This document shows, in pieces, positions 53,401 through 62,535 of a stretch of DNA of 64,000 bases. Numbering within the stretch: position 1 is the first letter of the stretch; every line of letters starts with the position of its first letter. The DNA lies in the NCBI GenBank assembly GCA_002633005.1, contig NMRA01000006.1:1975469-2039468 (forward strand), in the 5' to 3' direction. Below the pieces are notes generated by a model that had not been told where the DNA came from, searched no databases, and saw only the letters and a list, made by a program, of their open reading frames with translations. Both the position numbers and the translations under genes were made by a program. The DNA comes from Phoronis australis (Eukaryota; Animalia; Phoronida).

Positions 53401-56400
53401 CCGTGACATCGAGGGCTCGGCAAAACGCTGGAAGAAGTTTGTTGAGAGTGAGTGCCCTGAGAAGGAGAAGTTCCCTCAGGAGTGGAAGAACAAGAATGCT
53501 TTACAGAAGCTGTGTATGATGCGAGCACTGAGGCCTGACCGTATGACTTACGCTGTCACGTGAGTATTTTTAAAGCAACCCATTTTGTTGAGGGATTATA
53601 ACAAGTAGTTTTAAAATAAATTTCAAACTTTTTTCAGTTTATTACTCGTATTATTATTATTGACAAATACAGCACTCAGTAAACTGTATATGATTTTATT
53701 TAGTGACATTGAATTTTCTTATTTTAGGGCTTTTGTAGAAGAAAAAATGGGACAAAAATATGTTGAGGGCCGATCAGTTCCATTTGCGACGTCTTATGAA
53801 GAATCCGGGCCAGGGACGCCAGTGTTTTTCATCCTATCACCAGGTGTCGATCCTCTGAAAGATGTGGAAGCACTGGGCAAAAAACTGGGCTTCACCGGCG
53901 ACAACAGGAACTTCCACAATATCTCACTGGGTCAAGGTCAGGAGGTCGTTGCTGAGCAGGCCATGGACCTGGCTGCCAAAGAGGGTCACTGGGTCATTCT
54001 GCAGGTGGGCGACTATGATTGGTTGTGGTTGCGAGCCTTGAAAGGTTTTAGATATTGTTTGGGGGTCACTTGTTCATTCTGCTGGTGGATGTCTGTGATT
54101 GGTTGTTGCTGCATAACCAGGGTACTTTTTTGGATGCTGTTTTGGGGAGTAGGGGGATGTGGGTCATTCTTCAAGTGGTTTTGTCTATCATAGTTGTTAT
54201 TGCTATGAACACCAATATTTGGTTTTTGCATGTAGTATATGCCTATAAAACAGCCATTTATGGCCAACAGTGTTTTATAGACAAGTTCCAGGAACAAAAT
54301 AACCTCACAAATAAGCAGTTCTTTAAAGATTTGTTAATTTTCTTCAATTTATTTGATTATGGTCTGGGTATCAAAAATAATGCAAAACAGTTAGTTGTGT
54401 TTCTTGCTTAAACCTTACCCTCTGATTTTATGTCGGCATTTATATTTGACTTGCTACCAAGGAATAAAATTGGTTACTCCCAAACCATGCAAGTTTCAGT
54501 CAACTTCTTACAGAGGATAATTTTTGATTGTGAAGGCTATAATCCGATTATTCATTTCTATCAGGGTCTCGTGTATCAGATAGATAGCATTCCAGCTTAA
54601 CCCGACCTTATTGTTTCCAGAATGTTCACTTGGTAGCCAAATGGCTGGGGACCCTGGAAAAGAAGATTGAGCAGTACAGCTTAGAATCTAATCCAGCATA
54701 CCGTGTGTACATCTCTGCCGAGCCTGCTGGATCACCGGAATACCATATTATCCCACAAGGTATTCTCGAGTCCGCCATTAAAATCACCAACGAGCCACCG
54801 ACAGGAATGCACGCCAACCTGCACAAGGCTCTCTATAACTTCAACCAGGTGAGGTGTTGTTGAGTTTTGGTTTAATCCCCAAAACTGAGCATTGTGCCCA
54901 TTTAGTGTTAAGGTAGGGAGCCAGCCTAATCCTTGTTATGCCAATTGGTTTCAGTCTAAATTTGGGGATCTGTTCCTTCCAACTGTACCAAGTTCAGTTG
55001 TAAGCTCAGAAATCACTTCCAATCTTGGTGTCAAACGGATTGATTTCAGTTACTCTAAGTAGATGCTATGCGGATCATTTCCAAAGTTAATGATTTTAAC
55101 CACAAAGTAGGGTGGACGGAGGTTTTTTAAAGCATTGTATTTTATGATATTTTTCTCTTATTAACCATTTTCAAATCAATGGATAGTTAATGAAGTCTGT
55201 ACTGAAGTCAGTTATGTTAGTTGCCTTTTAACGATTGCTTGAACTATTTAGTGTATAGTTACTGTAGTTACTTAAACTGACCATTCCCTTTGATAATCCA
55301 GGACACACTTGAGATGTGCGCCCGTGAGACAGAGTTCAAGAGCATCTTGTTCGCCCTCTGCTACTTCCATGCTGTCGTGTGCGAGCGTAGGAAGTTTGGT
55401 CCACAAGGATGGAACAGAGTCTACCCTTACAACACTGGTAAGGGGTATTGTAGTATTAGCTCATTGTTCAGTCTCGGTGACCTCTGCAATGAAAACAAAT
55501 TCATGATGTACGGATACGTAGTAAATTAAATGTTGAACATGTGCGCCACACAGGATTTTTTTTTACATCTGTGACTAGCAACTAACCCCGTTACAAGATC
55601 ACAAATCGCTAAGTGCATTCCCGTTATCTTGACAACAGATGGACAGAATTGACTAGCACTGGGCCTCCTATTGTGGCAATTTTTTTACATTTACCTCAGG
55701 GCTGTTCCAGTAAAATCTGTATGGGAGGGGGGGGAAGGCACCTATTTTTCGCACCCACCACCCATATTTTTCATTTATTTCTTCAGCCTACCACCCGTAA
55801 TTTTTTATAAGTTTGAAATGCAACCACCCGTAATTTTTTTTTATTCTTGTGGTTGACTGCACAGGCGCTTGAGTTTATCTGTTCCTCCATCACCTCTAAC
55901 GTCATTCATTACTAAGAAAACATATGTTTCTTATATATGGTTATTAGCCATCGAGAAATTCGAGCACCTGTAGTTAAATGGTGTTATGGGCATGCCGATG
56001 AGGAGATCGGAGGGAGTGAAAAAGTCGGAGCTTTTTGCAAGTTGCATTTTTGTTTCAGGTTTTGATTCTGTGCGGATTTTTATAAAATTTACTAAAATTA
56101 CCCACCATCAAACATTTATGGCCCAATGAAACAACAACAACCTGTAAATTTTTATTTTTTTGAAGTACGACCACCAGCCATTTTGAATTTAAATCAAACG
56201 CAACCACCCATAAATTTTTATTTCAGTTGCCTTCCCCCCCTCCCACACAGATTTTGCTGGAACAGCCCTCAGTACCTATGCAGATTTTCATGAAAATCGG
56301 TATTTGAGAAATGGGGATGCCTTCCCAAGATTGTATGGGTTTGACATATTGTGCGCCATATTTATGATAGTAAAAAATTCCCCTAGATGCACACCGTTTG

Positions 56401-59019
56401 CGAGTGTGTTTCAGCTTTCCGCTTTGTTCTTGTTGTTTACATGGAAAAACCTAGTTATATTCCATGAGAAGTGCTTGATTTCTCATAGAAAGCTTCGTCA
56501 AACTCGTACCGCTGAATCTGAATTGAGAAAATACTTTGCTGTGGTTAGGTGTGGGAACAATAGCATGTTATGATGACAAATACACAACTTCATTGTTACA
56601 TTATGTCACATTTAAAACTGGACTTCTGGTTGCTCGAGTAACAGACATAATCTTATGAATCAATATCAAAGCAAACACTTGTACGGCCTTGACCTTAATA
56701 ATTTTTTAGCTCTGGAGCTGTTTCTCCTTTAACTATACCCAAATAACTGCAAGCCCAATTATTTCAGGTGATCTAACGATCAGTGTTAACGTACTGTACA
56801 ACTACCTGGAGGCCAATGCGAAGGTACCATGGGAAGATCTGCGTTACCTGTTTGGAGAGATCATGTACGGAGGTCACATCACTGATGACTGGGACAGGAA
56901 ACTGTGTAGAACTTATCTGGAAGAGTACATGCATCCAGACATGGTAAGTGAACTGGGTTGCCTATACCTTTAAACACTGAAACAGTTTTCCAAATTTTCT
57001 TTCACCTTCTTATTATGTGTGACATATAAATGATGCCAGCTATCATTGGGAAATTTGCTGTTAAGAATACAATCTGATAATATGCTATGTGTAATAAAAA
57101 TTAGGACAGAGTTCCAGCTGGATACTGAGTTGTCCTATATGAATATTTTATAGAGCTATTCAAAACTAAACTCATTTTTGGAATCAGTCCATTGATAAAT
57201 GATTGTTTGGGTTGGAGACAAACCTATTTTTGTCAACCACACTTCAGTGCAGCTCCGTAGCCGAGTTATGTTTGTAATCAATACAATGAAATTCTGTTCT
57301 CTATTCCAGTTCGACGGTGAGCTCTACCTTGCTCCTGGCTTCCCAATCCCTCCCAACTCGGACTACAAGGGATACCATGCCTACATCGATGAGAACCTCC
57401 CACCCGAGAGCCCGTATCTGTATGGCCTGCATCCCAACTCGGAGATCGAGTTCTTGACCACACTGTCCGAGACTCTGTTCAAGACAGTGTTTGAGTTACA
57501 GCCACGTGATGCCAGTGCTGGAGGCGGGGCTGGTGCCAGCAGAGAGGAGAAGGTGAGTGGCTGTGTAAAGTTGATTGACAGGATGCAATTACTGGCAGGT
57601 GTTAAAGGGTGTGTTTGGGGTTATGATCTGTGAGTCAAGTCAATGTTCAAGAGTCGATTGGTTTTACAGTTTGTGGTTAGTTTGATATGTGGCACCAATC
57701 GAATGAAGCAGTTCTTTGCACTAGTAGTTCCCATGCTTGTGTACATTAAGGAAGGATTCGTTTCCATTATGGTAAATTAATAACGGTTTTATTTTGATTA
57801 AACATGCTTTGCGCAAGTCATTTAAATCTGTTGTTTTTTGTGTAATCGCAGATCAAACAGATCCTGGATGACATTGTTGAGAAGTTGCCAGAGGAGTTCA
57901 ACATGATGGAAATCCAGGCCAAAGTCCCTGTTGAGGAAAGAACACCATACGTCATTGTGGCATTCCAGGAAACTGAGCGTATGAACACTCTTACAAATGA
58001 AATGAAACGCTCTCTCAAGGAGCTGGATCTGGGCTTGAAGGTAGGTTGTCACTAGAAGTATTAAAATGTTAGAAACGATGAGTATGCAAGCATGTAATGC
58101 AGAGTTGAACCACAGATGTTGACAAAGTTCAAAAACCAGGTGGAGTATTTGAGTGATAAATTGTAGTATTGTTATACAGAATTGAGAAATAATGAGAATT
58201 TATGTATAATTTTGTATGTACAGGTGGAAATAAGATGCTAGTTTGTTGTTTTCAAGTCGTTAGTCCGCCTAACGTCGCTGGAGACATTGGATACGTGTCC
58301 GTCACTACCAACAGGGGCCATTATGAACACAACATGTAACTATGTTCATGACATTTGTCCGTCAGTAAAAGAATTTAAAAAATCATGTTTTATATTTCTA
58401 GGGTGAACTGACAATCACCTCTGACATGGAGGACCTGAGCAACGCTTTGTTCCTGGACAATGTGCCAGGTAGCTGGTCCAAGAGAGCCTACCCATCGCTG
58501 TTTGGTCTAACCCAATGGTTTGCCGACTTGCTGCTGCGTGTGAAGGAGCTTGAAAGTTGGGTCTCCGACTTCCAACTGCCTGCAGCCGTCTGGTTGGCAG
58601 GATTCTTCAACCCGCAGTCCTTCTTGACGGCCATTATGCAGCAGATGGCACGTAAGAACGAATGGCCATTGGACAGGATGTGCTTGCAGTGTGACGTGAC
58701 AAAGAAGAATCGAGAGGACATGGGTGGACCACCCAGAGAGGGCGCTTATGTTTGTGGTCTCTTCATGGAAGGTGCCCGGTGGGACACACAGACGGGCATG
58801 ATTGCTGAAGCTCGACTGAAGGAACTCGCCCCACCAATGCCTGTGATCTTTATCAAGGCGATCCCAGTGGATCGACAAGATGCAAGAAATATCTACGAAT
58901 GCCCAGTTTACAAGACGAAGCAGAGAGGTCCGACGTTTGTCTGGACTTTCAATTTGCGTACCAAGGAGAAGCCTGCCAAGTGGGTTCTTGGCGGAGTTGC
59001 TCTGCTGCTGCAAGTGTAA
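23076..59019 (+). CDS. DNAH17: Axonemal (ciliary/flagellar) outer-arm dynein beta heavy chain, DNAH9/DNAH11/DNAH17 family; complete gene, 48 coding exons, about 4467 aa
   Basis: Exon-sized ORFs join at GT-AG sites with consistent phases into 13,404 nt, from ATG ([14 protein letters not shown]) to TAA ([12 protein letters not shown]). It has four Walker A motifs: GPAGTGKT (40777), GNAGTGKS (43291), GNAGTGKT (about 45092) and GVGGSGKQ (about 47789). Also present are [33 protein letters not shown], the stalk coiled coil/MTBD and a C-terminal YECPVYKT. Length and C-terminus fit the sea-urchin beta-chain type. The symbol names the family; one-to-one orthology among DNAH9/11/17 cannot be resolved by eye. 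Confidence 0.97.
24047..24243 (+). CDS. DNAH17: dynein HC coding exon 2
   Basis: [14 protein letters not shown]; ttgcag / gtaagt. Confidence 0.92.
24554..24843 (+). CDS. DNAH17: dynein HC coding exon 3
   Basis: [17 protein letters not shown]; ttgcag / gtaggt. Confidence 0.92.
25200..25411 (+). CDS. DNAH17: dynein HC coding exon 4
   Basis: [19 protein letters not shown]; ctgcag / gtgagt. Confidence 0.92.
25787..26020 (+). CDS. DNAH17: dynein HC coding exon 5
   Basis: [14 protein letters not shown]; tag / gtgggt. Confidence 0.9.
26610..26777 (+). CDS. DNAH17: dynein HC coding exon 6
   Basis: [12 protein letters not shown]; gacag / gtgagt. Confidence 0.92.
27260..27376 (+). CDS. DNAH17: dynein HC coding exon 7
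   Basis: [10 protein letters not shown]; cacag / gtaggt. Confidence 0.92.
27735..28000 (+). CDS. DNAH17: dynein HC coding exon 8
   Basis: [12 protein letters not shown]; ttgcag / gtaagt. Confidence 0.92.
28362..28557 (+). CDS. DNAH17: dynein HC coding exon 9
   Basis: LIAVNFDPQ; ttcag / gtacat. Confidence 0.92.
29136..29391 (+). CDS. DNAH17: dynein HC coding exon 10
   Basis: [16 protein letters not shown]; ttgcag / gtgagg. Confidence 0.92.
29483..29800. mobile_element. Degenerate inverted-repeat element (MITE-like) in the dynein intron after coding exon 10
   Basis: About 100-bp arms: tcagttcactgactct..gctcacc..tgctaaac vs gtttggcagctggtgagc..gagccagtgaactga. Confidence 0.65.
30266..30510 (+). 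CDS. DNAH17: dynein HC coding exon 11
   Basis: [10 protein letters not shown]; tttcag / gtagga. Confidence 0.92.
31030..31215 (+). CDS. DNAH17: dynein HC coding exon 12
   Basis: [12 protein letters not shown]; ttttag / gtaggt. Confidence 0.92.
31705..31851 (+). CDS. DNAH17: dynein HC coding exon 13
   Basis: [10 protein letters not shown]; ttacag / gttagt. Confidence 0.92.
32369..32623 (+). CDS. DNAH17: dynein HC coding exon 14
   Basis: YAYLWVDDR; ttctag / gtacgg. Confidence 0.92.
32902..33071 (+). CDS. DNAH17: dynein HC coding exon 15
   Basis: [21 protein letters not shown] (frame not in ORF track); ttctag / gtaggt. Confidence 0.92.
33832..34054 (+). CDS. DNAH17: dynein HC coding exon 16
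   Basis: [15 protein letters not shown]; ttccag / gtaggt. Confidence 0.92.
34579..34782 (+). CDS. DNAH17: dynein HC coding exon 17
   Basis: [15 protein letters not shown]; ctttag / gtaaat. Confidence 0.92.
35151..35552 (+). CDS. DNAH17: dynein HC coding exon 18
   Basis: [11 protein letters not shown]; ccacag / gtaagt. Confidence 0.93.
36324..36435 (+). CDS. DNAH17: dynein HC coding exon 19
   Basis: [23 protein letters not shown] (not in ORF track); ttcag / gtttgt. Confidence 0.9.
37198..37331 (+). CDS. DNAH17: dynein HC coding exon 20
   Basis: [10 protein letters not shown]; tttcag / gtagac. Confidence 0.92.
37841..38284 (+). CDS. DNAH17: dynein HC coding exon 21 (linker)
   Basis: [20 protein letters not shown]; ccacag / gtgagt. 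Confidence 0.94.
38418..38495 (-). mobile_element. tRNA-derived SINE head or tRNA pseudogene fragment
   Basis: Minus strand has a Pol III A-box TGGCTGAGGGG and B-box GGTTCGAGCCC at tRNA-like spacing; no clean acceptor stem. Confidence 0.6.
38911..39063 (+). CDS. DNAH17: dynein HC coding exon 22
   Basis: [15 protein letters not shown]; caccag / gtaggt. Confidence 0.93.
39383..39616 (+). CDS. DNAH17: dynein HC coding exon 23
   Basis: PAQVAL..QIWWT; cgcag / gtaaca. Confidence 0.93.
39873..40040 (+). CDS. DNAH17: dynein HC coding exon 24
   Basis: [10 protein letters not shown] (not in ORF track); ctatag / gtaatt. Confidence 0.92.
40047..40208. repeat. Minisatellite, 4 x about 39 bp
   Basis: atcactggtaata(c/t)taatgtgac(a/g)agtcactaaatcaa. 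Confidence 0.95.
40597..40878 (+). CDS. DNAH17: dynein HC coding exon 25 (AAA1 Walker A)
   Basis: [34 protein letters not shown] (frame not in ORF track); ttctag / gtatgt. Confidence 0.95.
41096..41235. repeat. Minisatellite, 4 x 35 bp
   Basis: acttatgaatcactattgaacggaacatcagaaat. Confidence 0.95.
41405..41667 (+). CDS. DNAH17: dynein HC coding exon 26 (AAA1 Walker B)
   Basis: [25 protein letters not shown]; tttcag / gtgaga. Confidence 0.95.
42060..42291 (+). CDS. DNAH17: dynein HC coding exon 27
   Basis: [15 protein letters not shown]; ctacag / gtgagt. Confidence 0.95.
42688..42882 (+). CDS. DNAH17: dynein HC coding exon 28
   Basis: [12 protein letters not shown]; ttccag / gtacaa. Confidence 0.94.
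42918..42965. repeat. (GAT/AAT)n microsatellite
   Basis: gatgatgatgatgatgataataatgatgatgataataa. Confidence 0.9.
43240..44010 (+). CDS. DNAH17: dynein HC coding exon 29 (AAA2)
   Basis: [21 protein letters not shown]; ctacag / gtaggt. Confidence 0.95.
44389..44562 (+). CDS. DNAH17: dynein HC coding exon 30
   Basis: GTLFDYYID; tttcag / gtatca. Confidence 0.93.
45005..45310 (+). CDS. DNAH17: dynein HC coding exon 31 (AAA3)
   Basis: [17 protein letters not shown]; ccacag / gtgggt. Confidence 0.95.
45524..45800 (+). repeat. Tandem array of about 50-bp units derived from the intron/exon-32 junction
   Basis: tgtgtttcatcgtattctag|gttgacatgtacttcactgtatacaactgaa repeated; unit lengths 51, 55, 49 and 50. 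Confidence 0.93.
45779..45946 (+). CDS. DNAH17: dynein HC coding exon 32
   Basis: [20 protein letters not shown]; uses the last of five repeated acceptors / gtaagc. Confidence 0.9.
46127..46367 (+). CDS. DNAH17: dynein HC coding exon 33
   Basis: [15 protein letters not shown]; tttcag / gtatta. Confidence 0.94.
47382..48166 (+). CDS. DNAH17: dynein HC coding exon 34 (AAA4)
   Basis: [16 protein letters not shown]; tttcag / gtacag. Confidence 0.95.
48600..48761 (+). CDS. DNAH17: dynein HC coding exon 35
   Basis: [16 protein letters not shown]; gtgcag / gtaagt. Confidence 0.94.
49079..49312 (+). CDS. DNAH17: dynein HC coding exon 36
   Basis: [14 protein letters not shown]; ccacag / gtttgt. 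Confidence 0.94.
49654..49914 (+). CDS. DNAH17: dynein HC coding exon 37 (stalk CC1)
   Basis: [16 protein letters not shown]; ctccag / gttagt. Confidence 0.94.
50637..50780 (+). CDS. DNAH17: dynein HC coding exon 38 (MTBD)
   Basis: [21 protein letters not shown] (not in ORF track); ctgcag / gtgaga. Confidence 0.93.
51145..52119 (+). CDS. DNAH17: dynein HC coding exon 39 (MTBD/CC2/AAA5)
   Basis: [28 protein letters not shown]; ttttag / gtaatt. Confidence 0.95.
52362..52847 (+). CDS. DNAH17: dynein HC coding exon 40
   Basis: [21 protein letters not shown]; actcag / gtgagt. Confidence 0.95.
53072..53559 (+). CDS. DNAH17: dynein HC coding exon 41
   Basis: [15 protein letters not shown]; ccacag / gtgagt. 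Confidence 0.94.
53728..54004 (+). CDS. DNAH17: dynein HC coding exon 42 (AAA6)
   Basis: [22 protein letters not shown]; ttttag / gtgggc. Confidence 0.94.
54621..54848 (+). CDS. DNAH17: dynein HC coding exon 43
   Basis: [17 protein letters not shown]; ttccag / gtgagg. Confidence 0.94.
55302..55437 (+). CDS. DNAH17: dynein HC coding exon 44
   Basis: [11 protein letters not shown]; atccag / gtaagg. Confidence 0.94.
55699..56268. mobile_element. Young PIF/Harbinger-like MITE in the dynein intron after coding exon 44
   Basis: About 42-bp near-perfect TIRs (gggctgttccagtaaaatctgt.. / ..acagattttgctggaacagccc) and 3-bp TSD TCA on both sides. Confidence 0.88.
56768..56943 (+). CDS. DNAH17: dynein HC coding exon 45
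   Basis: [15 protein letters not shown] (not in ORF track); tttcag / gtaagt. Confidence 0.94.
57310..57552 (+). CDS. DNAH17: dynein HC coding exon 46
   Basis: [14 protein letters not shown]; ttccag / gtgagt. Confidence 0.94.
57852..58040 (+). CDS. DNAH17: dynein HC coding exon 47
   Basis: [20 protein letters not shown] (not in ORF track); tcgcag / gtaggt. Confidence 0.93.
58402..59019 (+). CDS. DNAH17: dynein HC coding exon 48 (terminal)
   Basis: [29 protein letters not shown]. Confidence 0.95.
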   Translation, partial: GELTITSDMEDLSNALFLDNVPGSWSKRAYPSLFGLTQWFADLLLRVKELESWVSDFQLPAAVWLAGFFNPQSFLTAIMQQMARKNEWPLDRMCLQCDVTKKNREDMGGPPREGAYVCGLFMEGARWDTQTGMIAEARLKELAPPMPVIFIKAIPVDRQDARNIYECPVYKTKQRGPTFVWTFNLRTKEKPAKWVLGGVALLLQV

Positions 59020-59442
59020 TTTTGAATTTTGGATGTTCGGAGACATTTTACGTATTTTGAAATTCGTTTTGAAACTCTTCAAAGTGATAATAATAATCAG
59101 ATCAATAGTTCTAATTGCTTTGAGAAATTTGATGAAATGTTTGGAGTTACTTAGATAATTATTAATTGCTGTTGCTTTTAACAACGAATAAGAGTGGTTT
59201 GATTTATATTCGGAAATTTTATATTTTGCACACTGCTGCACTTAAATCGTCATACATCTGTGATAAGTTTGTAATTTAAGCGTGATCTTGGTTTAGTTCT
59301 TCTGAGTTTCTGGACTGGCTTTCTAAATATGTAACTGTCGTTTTGTGTTGCTACATTTAGAGACATTCTTTGAAATTTACATTTATTTATTTATTGAAAT
59401 ATTTTTCGATGTTCTGACATTCCATTTGAAGTTTAAAAATAG

Positions 59443-59656
59443 AATAAATCATGGAGATTAAGAAAAACTTTTTTAGATTGAAAGAATGAAAACAAGGTGT
59501 TGTCTTTGTTGTATTTTACAGATTTTTATTAAATATTCAGTGAGGAAGTTAACTTTTGAGACGTACAGTATATTATCACAATCCATCCTATTGCTTACAA
59601 AATGGTTTTGAGAGATTTTTGTAATGTATGCTGTTGTTGTTTTTATTGTGAATAAA
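59443..59656 (+). terminator. Polyadenylation signals of the dynein 3'UTR
   Basis: AATAAA at 59443-59448 and 59651-59656, each followed by GT/T-rich sequence. Confidence 0.55.
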
Positions 59657-59848
59657 GTTTAGTATTGTAGCATTGCTTTTTCTGTCTTTACACCTCCAGC
59701 AGACGGCATGCAAATTATTTCTACAGTGAAAACACGATCATCTTTGCAGACAGCTAACTTTTGTTCAACGCACGTTTTAGACGCTACAAGGGACAAAACG
59801 TAGGCATCACATTGGGATGGTCACATGTACTTAAGAGTCCAGGGGCAG

Positions 59849-60085
59849 GGGCCCGCTCCAAGAAAACTGACATACCGGTACTCGCTAAGACAAATCTTAC
59901 GTACTTTGTGGTCAATTATGAGTTTAGTCTCATAAGTGGATTTCAAACTGTGACCTTAAGATTGACTTCAGTTTTGTCTTTTGTTGTATGAAACTAACCG
60001 GATGTGAAAGTTTCAAAGTTTGGAGGTTGAGACAAATCTTGCACTTGAATCAAAAATGAAAAGTTGGTTTCTTGGGACAGGACCC
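59849..60085. mobile_element. Probable MITE between the dynein and NDUFAB1 3' ends
   Basis: Imperfect TIRs gggcccgctccaagaaaact / agttggtttcttgggacaggaccc. Confidence 0.5.
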
Positions 60086-61229
60086 AGAACACATGAAATA
60101 CAAGTAATGTTAGTTTTGATTGTTTGTATTTCTTAATTCAGTACAGTATAGGTATTGGTAACCAGCTCCATCAGATAGTTGCATGCGCCATGCCGACAGC
60201 AAATCTAGGTTTTCGTGTGTGTGATGCGGACTCAAAGTTACCAAGTACAATTGCATAATGCAGACTGTCGAGAAACCACCCCACCTCCCCATTCCACACT
60301 GTTTTCTCTAAGTGCTCAGGACTGCACTACTTCGACCATCATGTGAAGCCCTGTGGACCCATTTTGTGCAACAACACAATCCCAACGCACAATGCAGCTG
60401 TTAAAAAACCTCATTAACTTCATGGTAGATCAGCCACTCTGTGTGCAACAACTTCTCCAGTGGACAATCTTTGAAATTTCTTGAAGCCTAGACCACAACA
60501 TCAGGGACTTCAAGTACACCCACACCGGTCAGATGTGCAACAAAAACACAGGATTATCGTACACGGTGTTGAATACGACAGACTTCGTTTTCCTCAAATT
60601 GGCAGCCTTTGTACATTCATTAATTTTTCATACATTCTGTGATGTGCAAATCTAAAGACAGTCAAATTGTGTACCCATAATGACGAACTCACATGCAATC
60701 GATTGGTCAACAAAAATCCATCAACTTGGGCAGACTTGAAAACAAATATCAAAAGAAAAAATACTAAGTACCAGACGATTCACAGTTTCACTGCCATGCA
60801 CGCCTTTTGGTGTGTTATTCGGTAACTGCCACATGTACCGTTCATTAAGTTGGGTACTCCCGTCCTAAATTTCATGGGGGATAAATAAAATTTTTAAATT
60901 ATTAAAATTAAAACAACATAAGCAGACCGCAGGAAGACAGTTTTACCAAATCCCGCATGAATGTTTTTAAAGGATTTTTGTTGAATGCAGTGGCCTTTAA
61001 ACAGCCCATCACCGAGGTTATAATTAACTCAAATTCAAAATGATTGAGATTCTGATACAAGATCTGAATTAAATACAACAGACGTGGGACGAGGTATGGA
61101 GTTGGACCAGCATTTATTGTTGATACTGCTTTTTCACATCTTGAAATCTTGAATACTCTACATGGGGTATACCTGTCGCAATGCACCATATTCAGTTAAC
61201 ATATCCCGCAAAAATCTTGAAACAGAGCC

Positions 61230-61408
61230 TGTGACTTGACATGCTTCTTTATTTGAGTGTTGAAAAAACAAAGTTAAGACTGAGAGATGATTCACTTTTT
61301 AATATTAATCACATACTGACTACGTACAATTCCACAATTTTGTGACAAACAACTACTGTCAGTAAAACTCTCACACTGGCCCTCCCTTATGAGTTTCTAT
61401 GTAGATAA
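61230..61408 (-). other. NDUFAB1: Putative non-coding terminal (3'UTR) exon of NDUFAB1 (3' end approximate)
   Basis: Donor TTA|GTAAGT 6 nt after the stop (62389/62388); acceptor tgtgttcag| at 61409; minus-strand AATAAA at 61248-61253 and 61113-61118. Confidence 0.55.
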
Positions 61409-61572
61409 CTGAACACATAGGTATGATACAGTCCAAACTGTTCGTAGACCATCCCACACACTGTAATGAGGTGATGTGGACTTCTTGTTCTGTACAAATA
61501 TTTCCACACCAAACCTGCAATGCAAGAACAAGTATTCACATAAAAGGCAGTTTAAAAAAAGATTCATGTTAT

Positions 61573-61755
61573 GACGGATCATTCACGTGTTGTCACCATT
61601 GGACGGGAAGGGGGAAAGATGACAGTTGATGACAATGCAAGCGGCAGTTCGACTTCACATGACGTAATCTGTGACGACGAACTCAGTACCTGGACAAGAG
61701 GGGGGAGGGTAAAAAGTGGCAAATTTTAAACGATGTAATATGTGAATGGTCCCTG
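61573..61755. mobile_element. Probable short Harbinger-like MITE
   Basis: Imperfect TIRs ggatcattcac / gtgaatggtcc with an internal G-tract. Confidence 0.4.
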
Positions 61756-62394
61756 AGCCAGTCAAGTTTTGACCGAGGAGAGTGGGTGAATGACTTTTTG
61801 AAAAAAATGAACGTCAAATTACTGAAACACAACACAGCTTGAATATAAGTGTTTCTGTCAGATTATATGTCCATTAAGATATTTCATCACTGACATAAAA
61901 GCTCAAGGTAAACCTCAGTATCATCCCAAAAAACAGGAATCCCTTAGGCAACCCACTAAGTAATGAATAACCTGAGTGAGAGCCTCGTAAACGGTGTCAC
62001 ATTCAATGCATGCTATTGGCTTACCCTGTCTATTTCCACCCGTCTAAAGCCAGTTTTATGAATATGTTAAGAAGGGCTCACACTTCGTGAGAAGTTCACC
62101 ATGACAGAGCCGTGATCAAGTATTTTTGTAACCTTATGACCAAATGAGCTCAAAATACAACTTATTGTGACACCGTCAATGTTGCCAAAATAATCCAATG
62201 CATATCATCGACCTGTGTCCAGTCAGTGCCACACTTTCGGGAAACACACAAAGAAAGTTGCTTCCATTAAGTATTCACTGACAGTTTATACAAGAATCTT
62301 AAAACAAACAAAACAAAAAAGCTTCAGCATCACAACCCAACCAACTTTCACATCCATTTGATGAAACAATACTACGAACAGGACTTACTAAGCA

Positions 62395-62535
<141 letters not shown>

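Noticed and set aside
23076-59019. Non-canonical (GC-AG, AT-AC/U12) introns, frameshifts or pseudogenisation in the dynein gene
   Set aside because: All 47 coding-region introns resolved as GT-AG with consistent phase and no internal stops.
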